This document shows positions 55,749 to 64,000 of a DNA stretch of 64,000 nucleotides, piece by piece. The notes under the pieces are model-generated. The model made no database searches and was not told the origin of the DNA. It saw only the letters and a list, made by a program, of their open reading frames with translations. The translations under genes were made by a program, and so were the position numbers. Positions within the stretch are counted from its first letter, which is position 1. Each line of letters opens with the position of its first letter. Source of the stretch: Amoebidium appalachense (taxonomy: Eukaryota > Protista > Ichthyosporea); the NCBI GenBank assembly GCA_963693365.1, contig CAVNZM010000004.1:10010468-10074467 (forward strand), given 5' to 3'.

Positions 55749-58461
55749 TGTGTGTGCACGTGTGTGCGTGTGCGCAACTTGTCCACTCCAACCGAGAACG
55801 TTCACCCACCGACTCAATATGCCCCTTCCACGACACCCACCCAACCCAACTCTTCCTGTTTTCACTCCGATAACTCCACTCCAATTGCGCACCAGTGTCA
55901 GTTCCCCATACAACCGCCAAAAAACCCAAAATATGACCAATTCACTGTCCCTTTTGCTCACCTGCTCTGTGTCTATCACCGTAGGTGTTCCCCATCTCTT
56001 TCTTGCTGTCCATCTTTCACTCGTCCTCCCCCCCCCCCCCCCCCCCTCCCCCTCCCTTTCCCTTCCCCTTCCCTCCCCCCTTTTCCACAGTCCCTATCCC
56101 AAGTGTTCAACCGATGTCTCAAACTTGGTGCACGGTCTCTCCTCCAAACGAAACACTAGGTTTTGTTTCTCAAGAAAAACGAGTTTTTCAGAGCATCGCA
56201 TTTTTGCTTCTGGACGGAAAATTTAAGGGATGGAAAGAAAGGTGCATCATGGGGCAAGGACTCCTATTCCCTTAAGGGCATCTGGGGGGGGGGGGGGGGG
56301 GGGGGGGAGGGGGGGGGGGGGGGGGGGGAGGGGGAGGAGGGGGGGGGGGGGGGAGAACATACTGTCGTTGGGGGTGGGGTGGTCCTTTGTTGCGACTGTG
56401 GCAGGGCATGTGCCCTCTGCTTTGCCGCTGAAGGGGCAGGTGTGTGTGGCCTTGGCCTCTGCAAAAGAAGGGAGTGTGGAGGGTGTGTAAGTTGGTGAGG
56501 AGAGGAGAGACAATGTAAACAGGTGTGGGAAGGCGGATGCTTGTGCTTGTGTAGGTGGGTTGTCTTGGCATGCACAGCCACACATACACACAGAGAGATA
56601 CTCACATGCCTTCATACCATCCCCCCTCTTCCCCTCCCCCCCCCCCCCAAAAAAAAAAAAACAAAAAAAAACCACTCCCCAGCTGGTAAGACAGACCAAC
56701 ACAAGCACATTTGGACCGACCTCCCCCCCCTCCCCCCCCCCCCCGCCCCGTTCCCCCCTTCCCTCCTCGCTGAAGTCTTGCATAAATCCAGCAGGGCTAT
56801 CCAACACAGCACTCGTGCCAAGCACCAACAATCCCATGGGTGTGCACGACTACCAAAACCCACCTATCTACTTGCCAGGCAACGACCATCCGTACACTAT
56901 CAAGATATGGGATAACTATATGCATATCTGGCAGGAAATGAACACGTGCCAAACAATTAATTGTCCGGGTCATCCCACATATGCCAAATAAAACAGTTTC
57001 CATATATGGTACACACACCTTCAATCTTCTCTGCAAGCTTGTCGTGGCTCTCGGCTGCAGCTTTGCCTGGTTCAGTAACGGGGGGGGGGGGGGGGGGGGG
57101 GGGGATGTGTTGGCCACAAGTGGGTAAGGGTCGGTGGAGGTGGGGTTGGGTAAGTGTGCGCATGTGTGTTGGAGGGCGGGGAAGGAGGGGGGGAGGGGGA
57201 GGGGAGGGGAGGGGGGGGGGGGAGGGAGGGGAGTGGGCTCAGCACCACTACAACCTGAGCCCTGACTGGCACTGAGGGTGCACTTCCTTATTGAGTCCCA
57301 GAGGGGGAGGAGGCATAGGGGGAAAGGCCCGGGGGGGGGGGGGGGGGGGGGGGGGGGGAAGGACACATGCATGGGCACAATAATTTGATAGTAGACACAC
57401 AGCTATAGGAAGATATTAGTAAAGGCAAACCGAACCAGAGGAAAGGGAGGGGAGACGAGGGAGGGGAGGGGAAGGGGTGTAAATGCTTGCAGAATCGCAA
57501 GTCCACACATATATGTGTGGATGTGGTTGTGTATGTGTGTCCGTGTGTGCCGAGCACGTGTGTGGTATTCGGTGGGTGTGTCTGTGGGAGTCTTTGTGTG
57601 TGTGTATGCATGTGTGCATGTGCATGTGTGTGTGTGTCTGTGTGCTGTGTGCGTGCCTGTGTGTGTGCGTGCATGCAGGTGCGTGGGTGCGTGCTTGCGT
57701 AGGTGTGTATGCGTGAGTGCCTGCATGTGGGCAAGAGAACATGTGCATGTATGAATTTGTGTGCTTGAACAGGGTATGCAGAGGAGTGCCAGGTGTTCCA
57801 GAAGAAAAAGTTGGGGGTGATGAGGAAAAGACTAGCTGGGGGGGGGGGGGGGGGGAGGGGGAGGGGGGAGGGGGGAGGGAGGAACTAACCCGAAGCAGGG
57901 CAGGTGCCGGCCTGGCCGGTAACGGGGCAACGCTTCTCCTGGTCACTCATTCTGGAAACATCTGTTGTGAGCAACTTAAACCCCTTAGGCCTTCTCTCCC
58001 TAATATACACAGACACACATACACTCTCTCTCTCCCTCTATCTCCCCCCCCCCCCCCCTTTCCTTCCTCCCTCCCTCCCTCCCCCTCCCTCCCTCTCTCC
58101 CTCCCTCACTCCTTCCTTACTCCTCTCTAGCTCCCTCCCTCCCTCTCTCGCTCCCTCCCTCCCTCTCTCTCTCGGTCTCTCTCTCTCCCCCCCTCTCTCT
58201 GTGTGTGTGTGTGCGCACGCGTGTGTTGTCTCTTTGGCTGTCATCTCTCTCTTTCTCTTTCAGTGTGTCTGTGTGTGTGTGTGTGTGTGAATGTGTGTGT
58301 GTGTTTGTGCGTGTGTGGGCAAGCAGGGGCACGTGTGTGTGCTTGTGTTTGTGCGTAACGTAACGCCAGATCTCTCACCCTCTCCATCTCCCTATCTCCA
58401 CATGCTCATCAACACCCCATCTCACCACATCCCGAACCGATCCCTTTTGCTCCCTTCTTTG

Positions 58462-58499
<38 letters not shown>

Positions 58500-59954
58500 T
58501 CTCTCTCTCTCTAAGTGTTTGTGTCTGGGATATATGTGCACATGTATCATTCTCTCCTCACATTTTGGTATCTTGCCATCCGACACTTTCTTACAGTTAG
58601 GGCCGAATGGAGCCTGGACACACTCATAACTACAGCGAAGCACTAACTGAAGCTCCCTTCGCTTCATCTAGCTCGTGCGCTAAATCCCATAAAAACCCTT
58701 TTTGCCACAACCACTCCCAGACCCCAGCTTCCACACGTTTGCGTGTGGTTGCCTGCCTGCCTGACCTATTCCTGCTCCCTGAGCTAAAAAGAACCTCCCC
58801 TTTATTCAACCATCCCCTCTAAACTTTGATCTCTTTCAGAGAAGAGAAGGGGGGAGGGGGGGGGGAGAGGGGGAGGGAGGGAGTCAAAGGGGTAAGGGCG
58901 AAGGGGAGGAAGGCGGGAAGGGGGAAGGGGGCGGAGAGGGAGGGGGGGGGGGGGGGGAGGGGGGGGGGGGGGGGGGGGGAAGGGGAGGGGGGTATTCACT
59001 TGGTGCGATTTCACTGAGCAGAAGAATGTAACACTGAGCAGAAGAATGTAATCACCGGGAACATCGCGTGTGCCCTTGCGTTGAAAACTAAAACTTTGGA
59101 AGCCTTGTTCCGGTGATGTCGTGGTGCGCATATATATTCTGCAAAATTCAATCCTCCTAATTATTTGGAAGTTGAGATACACAAGAGCTAGTTTTGCATT
59201 AGTAAATACTTAGGTAGGAATGGATATATGATGGATAACTTTAGGTGGCTCACTGACTGAGCCACCGTGCTAAAGTTCGGGAAGATGGAAAGAGTTGTGT
59301 GGCTCGAGCTCCGGCGGACACGTGTTAAACCGTTTCAATTTGTGTACATGTGAGGGCTCTCAATTTTGTGTCAAGCCTAGTACTGCATGTACATGAGTAG
59401 GAAAGACTTTCTCTCTCTCACGTGTCGTTTTGTTACGGTAGAGGTTTGATGTCGGGGGCAGGGTTATCCTAAGTAACCGTTTTGATGACCGGGGCGCCAC
59501 AGGTACGGGTCGTTCACGTAAATACCCGGGCGTGTGTGCCCCAGCTGACCCCGTCTGTATGTACGTGTGGCCGTGGAAGGGGGAAAGCTAGGTGAGACGC
59601 TCAGGATATATATCAAGAGGTGTTGGTGGTGCACGGTGGGTGGGTGGATGGGGGAAGGCCTAGGGGGGAGGGGGGTGGGGGGGTGGGGAGGGGGGGAGGG
59701 GGGCGGGGGAACCGTTTCTATGTTAACTTCCGTATTAAAAAGGACCAGCTGCAGCGAGGATTAGGAGAGGGGGAGAGAGAGGAAGGGGGATCTGGCCGAA
59801 GGGAATCCAGCAAGCTGCAATGGTTTTTCTTTAAATCATGTTTTTTTTCATTTTGCTTTTCTTTCTTTCTTTTTTGGGGGGGGGGTGGGGAATTCGAAGG
59901 GGGTGTGGCGGAGGGGAGGGGAGGGGAGGGGGAGGGGGAGGGGGGGGGGGGGGG

Positions 59955-59995
<41 letters not shown>

Positions 59996-60667
59996 GGGGA
60001 CCGTTGTGCTCAAAAATTTAAATCGATTCATGTGCATGCCGTAATGGTTCCGTTTGATGCCCACTGAGCTGTGCACTTGGTGAAACCGGTACCGGTACGC
60101 GTGTGTGCAGTAGGCTGCTGGCCTCTACCAGTAGCAAGGTTTTTTTTTTGTGTGTGTGCCTGCCAGTGGCATGTACATCGTAAATGCAACAAACATGCCA
60201 AACGGCATCACCAGGTCTGTGCAGGTGTGTGCTTTGAGCTTGCCAAACCCGAGTACTTCCGTGGGGATATGATGAGTGACTCTGAATGATGCTGTACAAT
60301 GTCATGCATATGTTCAACATTGCAATTGGCTGTGCCTTGAAGGTTTTGCAAGTGTATTTCCATGTGCCTGATAAGTATAAAGCCGGATTTGGGCATGAGG
60401 ACGAGGCAAAACAAGACAGACGGGGCAACACTGATTTACTTATTTAAATATGGAAAATGCAGGAACCCTTGATGCTATGCAGTATTGCTTGTTAATCATG
60501 GAGTGCCACCTGTTCCGATACAAAGCGTCGGGATGGGGGTCATAATCATATGGTTAAGGGTTCTGGCGGGGCACACGGGGGGGGGAGCTCGAGGGGTTAG
60601 GGGGGGAGGGGGGAGGGGGGGAGAGGGAGAGGGCCGGGCCGGCGGTCCGAGGGGGGGGGGGGGGGGG

Positions 60668-60704
<37 letters not shown>

Positions 60705-61127
60705 GCCCTTGAGGAGGGGCCGAGCGGAGAGGGGGGGAGGAGGAGGGGGGGACCCGGGGGAGGGGGGGGGGGGGGTAATATGGGAGCTGTGGGGTCCCTG
60801 TCCAAGCTAGCTATATAGGTTTTGCACAAAGTTCCAGGTACCCTTGACTTTATTTGATCTCAGCAGCACACGACGGTAAAAACATCTGATTTCTTGTATG
60901 CACGAGGCATTTGAAAGGTGCCATGCATGTCAATTAAAAAAATAGCCACATGGCTAGACTAAGTGGTTTAAAATAACTAGCCGTTTTAACTGCTGGTGCA
61001 AATGCTCGTCCGTGTCAGAGTGAGGCTGCATTGTGTTGTACAGCAGTCAAAATACAAAATTGCACAGCAAATATGCATGCTAGCAAAATCAGTGTGATTC
61101 GACGTGCTGAGGCGACATGAAATCTAC

Positions 61128-62792
61128 CTAAAACATAAAAAGGGCAGCGGCAGCGGCCAGAAGGGTCGAGGCAAGAGCTGGAACAGAAGAACCTGTAGCA
61201 TTCTTTCCGTCCTTTCCAACCGCATCAGATGCACCATCCTTCACGGTGGTGGCTGCGGCAGTAGTGGTGGTGGTAGTGGTAGTGGCGGCGGCGGTGGTGG
61301 GAATCTCAATGATATCGGTGTAGGTGGCTGTGGGGTCGACATCAGGAATCAAAGTGGTGGCGGTGGCAACGGTGGTCTTCTTGGTTGTTGTAGTTTTAGC
61401 TGGGGCGGGGGTGGTTGTTGCCTTAACCGTTGTGGTGGTGGTGGCAGCGAGGGTGGTGGTCTCCTCTCAGATGTCAGAGCGTCAGCAGTGGTTATCTGAG
61501 TTGTGGTGGCGGTGGCGACAGGGAGGATGGTGGTGGTGTAAGCCGAGGTGGTGGTGGCCATGGTGGCGGTGGGCTCGGCAGTGGTGAGTTTCTCTGTGGT
61601 AGTGGTGGTGTTGATGATGGTGGTAGTGGTGGGGACGGTAATGGTGGTTGTCACTTCCTCCATCTGTGGTGTGACCTTCATGTAAATCTTGAAGTCCATA
61701 GTCTCCTCCACAGGCCCAAGGCACTCGCCAGGCCCAGCCGAGTTGTGCGCGTCCACTCGGACTGTTCAGCTGTGCACGCGTCCGAGTCGTCCGTGAAGCG
61801 CTGGAATGTGACCTTGCCCGTGTCGGCCCGATGTGTAAGACAGGTGGGCATACCAAGATGCAAGGTCGATGGGCTTGGCGCACGTGTCGAGGGGGAAAGT
61901 CTGGCACTCGCCCACTGGCATGATGGGAGGAACCTGGGTGCAGTCACCGTCGATGAACGGGCACACCTGGGCCGTTTTTGCATCGGATACACCCGTGGGC
62001 TTGGGTGTTTCCGTGGTGGTGGGAATCAGAGTGGTGGTAGCAACGGTGGTTGTGGTGGTTGTAGCCAGGGTAGGGGTGGTGGTGGTGGTGGTGGTGGTCG
62101 TGGTGGTCGTGGTGGTCGTGGTGGTGGTGGTGGTGGTCGTGGTGGTCGTGGTGGTGGGCTCAGCAGTAGGCTCCTCCGTGGTGGTGGTGGGGATGGGAAG
62201 GGTGGTGGTCACTTCATCCATCTGTGGTGTGACCGAAGTTCATGTAGATTTTGTAGCTTATAATCTGCTCCACGGGCCAAAGGCACTGCCCGGGGCCGGC
62301 CGTGCGAGTCTACTGCGTCTGTTCGGCTGTACACACATCGTCCGTGAAGCGATTGAATATGACCTTGCCAGACGTGTAAGACAGGCGGGCGTACCAAGAT
62401 GCAAGATCGATGGGCTTGGCGCACGTGTCGAGGGGGAAAGTCTCGCACTCACCCATGATGGGAGGAACCTTGGTGCAGTCATCGTCGATGAACGGGCACA
62501 CCTGGGCCGTCTTTGCATCGGACACAGTTGTGGGCTGGGGTGCTGCCGTGGTGGTGGGCACCGTAGGTGGCCTTGGGGGAAGGTTCATCACCGAACGAGA
62601 ACACAGCCCAGCGGTTGTTCATGTCATTAGGTGAAAAGGGGGCCAGCACACTGGCCAGCCATGAGGGTCTTGGAGAAACCAGGCTGGTCGAGTTCGTCCC
62701 CGTCGGTGCATGCATCGTCCCTGAAGTACCTGTAGGTCACCTTGTTGTTCTGCACGGTCCTTGCTTCCTAGGCCTCAGCACATACCGTGTTT
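61128..62792 (-). pseudogene. Decayed mucin-like, probably GPI-anchored surface protein with repeated Cys-rich domains and Thr-rich linkers
   Basis: Two near-copies of AQVCPFID.DCT.VPPIM..GEC.TFPLDTCAKPIDLASWYA plus a diverged partial third domain; poly-Thr tracts; hydrophobic C-terminus GSSVPALASTLLAAAAALFMF*. Several frameshifts and stops; cut at 62792 by the repeat. Confidence 0.75.
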
Positions 62793-64000
62793 CAAGTTCT
62801 ACCAACTTAGCAAGTCAAACAACCCAGGAAGGCTTATATGCTAGAAAATTGGTCGAGTAAAAGGGAAATCCAAGTAATTCTTACTCTTCAGACTTTTGCT
62901 TATGTTGCCTGTTCCTGTTCTGGAGTGGGACAACAGGTTACAGGCGGGCTCAACTTTCTATTGAGCTTTCTAAGGCGGTCGCGTCGACGTCAGCAAACGC
63001 AAACATTACAACAACCAATCGGCAATCTAAATAACCTTATATAGGTATTTAGAACGTCACAGCACCTTTTTGACAATACTAATGGCTAAAAGTCACTACC
63101 AAGTGTTACCGATAGCTGGGAAATTGCAGGGACCAATAGGATACCCCTGAAACTTTGCAAAAACGTTATTCTATTGGTTTAGATTGGTTTGTTACTTTGC
63201 TATGCCCGAAAGGCGCTTGCTACGAAGGGGTTTACTATTAGGGTCCTGTTAGACTTAAAAAAAATTCTCGACTACTCTTGGATCGCAATCACGCCCTCTC
63301 TTTAGGAAGTTAGCGGAAATATACTCATACAAAAAATACATGCATATAATACAAATATATAAGTAAAAGAAAAAAGAAAAAAAAAAGAAAAAGATAAAAC
63401 AAAAGTGAAAGAAAAAATCCTGGGAGTTCAATAAGTTTTTTGTCGTATATAAGGTGTGATTTCAACATCATTGATGGCCCTTTTTGAGTGACCGTTAGAT
63501 ATCGATCGTTTGGTCCCCCATCAGTTTGGAATTTACGCTGATCTGATTGGTCAAGACAGTATCGATCGGATGTGTTTTTTCTTTTTACTCGGGTTTATTG
63601 ATCCGTTGATGAAGGCAACGTGCAGCCACAGGCTACATAACCACCAATAGAACTGAAAAAGCCAAAGCTACGATTTAATAATAATAAAGCGATAAGTGAC
63701 AAAGGACACCAGCGGGCAAAAATTTTTTTTTAAACCTTAAGTGTACGTGTATGCGTGAAACTAGTTTGCTCCAACTAGTCATATGCATCGATGTTGACCA
63801 GACCACACTCCGCAAGAAGTGTCACATTATTACTGCTCCTTCCCGAACAGGCCCCCCTCAAAACCTACCGAGGCACAGCAAGCAAGTCAGCCTCTAAAAG
63901 AGCAATGCAGACCAAATCTGAGCTAAAAAACAATCCCAACGGGCCCGGCCCCTAGATAACCCGGAGAAACTGCATCTAGCTCTCTGATATGGTGGCCTAC
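62793..64000. mobile_element. Second copy of the unclassified repeat, lacking the DNA transposon; runs off the window
   Basis: Matches 28204-29059 joined to 32799-33135 with scattered substitutions; truncates the mucin-like gene. Confidence 0.65.

Noticed and set aside
54700-60500. Islands of complex sequence between microsatellites that could be exons of a spliced gene
   Set aside because: I could not assemble a consistent frame or recognise any domain; transcript data are needed.

Overview
Eukaryotic, microsatellite- and homopolymer-rich DNA with spliceosomal introns; most ORFs in the track are artefacts of G/C runs and (GT)n/(CT)n repeats. The window is built around a ~14 kb direct segmental duplication: copy B at 40384-54457, and copy A at 489-28206, which four LTR-element insertions have inflated to ~28 kb. 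Copy B therefore supplies the empty sites. Mobile elements: an intact young Ty1/Copia (2913-10029), a 5'-truncated related Copia (10221-13055), a solo LTR (20732-24653) carrying a nested non-autonomous Copia-type element (21267-24573), an unclassified repeat (from 28204 and from 62793), and a 3.7 kb ISL2EU-like (PIF/Harbinger group) DNA transposon (29060-32796). The most notable feature is that transposon: opposite its THAP-DDE transposase it carries an Exo1/XPG-family nuclease ORF, where described ISL2EU elements carry a YqaJ/lambda exonuclease. Also present: a duplicated, disabled ORF resembling the N-terminus of a Polinton/adintovirus polymerase, a spliced PHPT1-like gene and a decayed mucin-like GPI-protein gene. 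The Copia ORFs almost completely lack CGC/GCG trinucleotides despite abundant CpG. All homology calls are by-eye motif recognition, not database searches.
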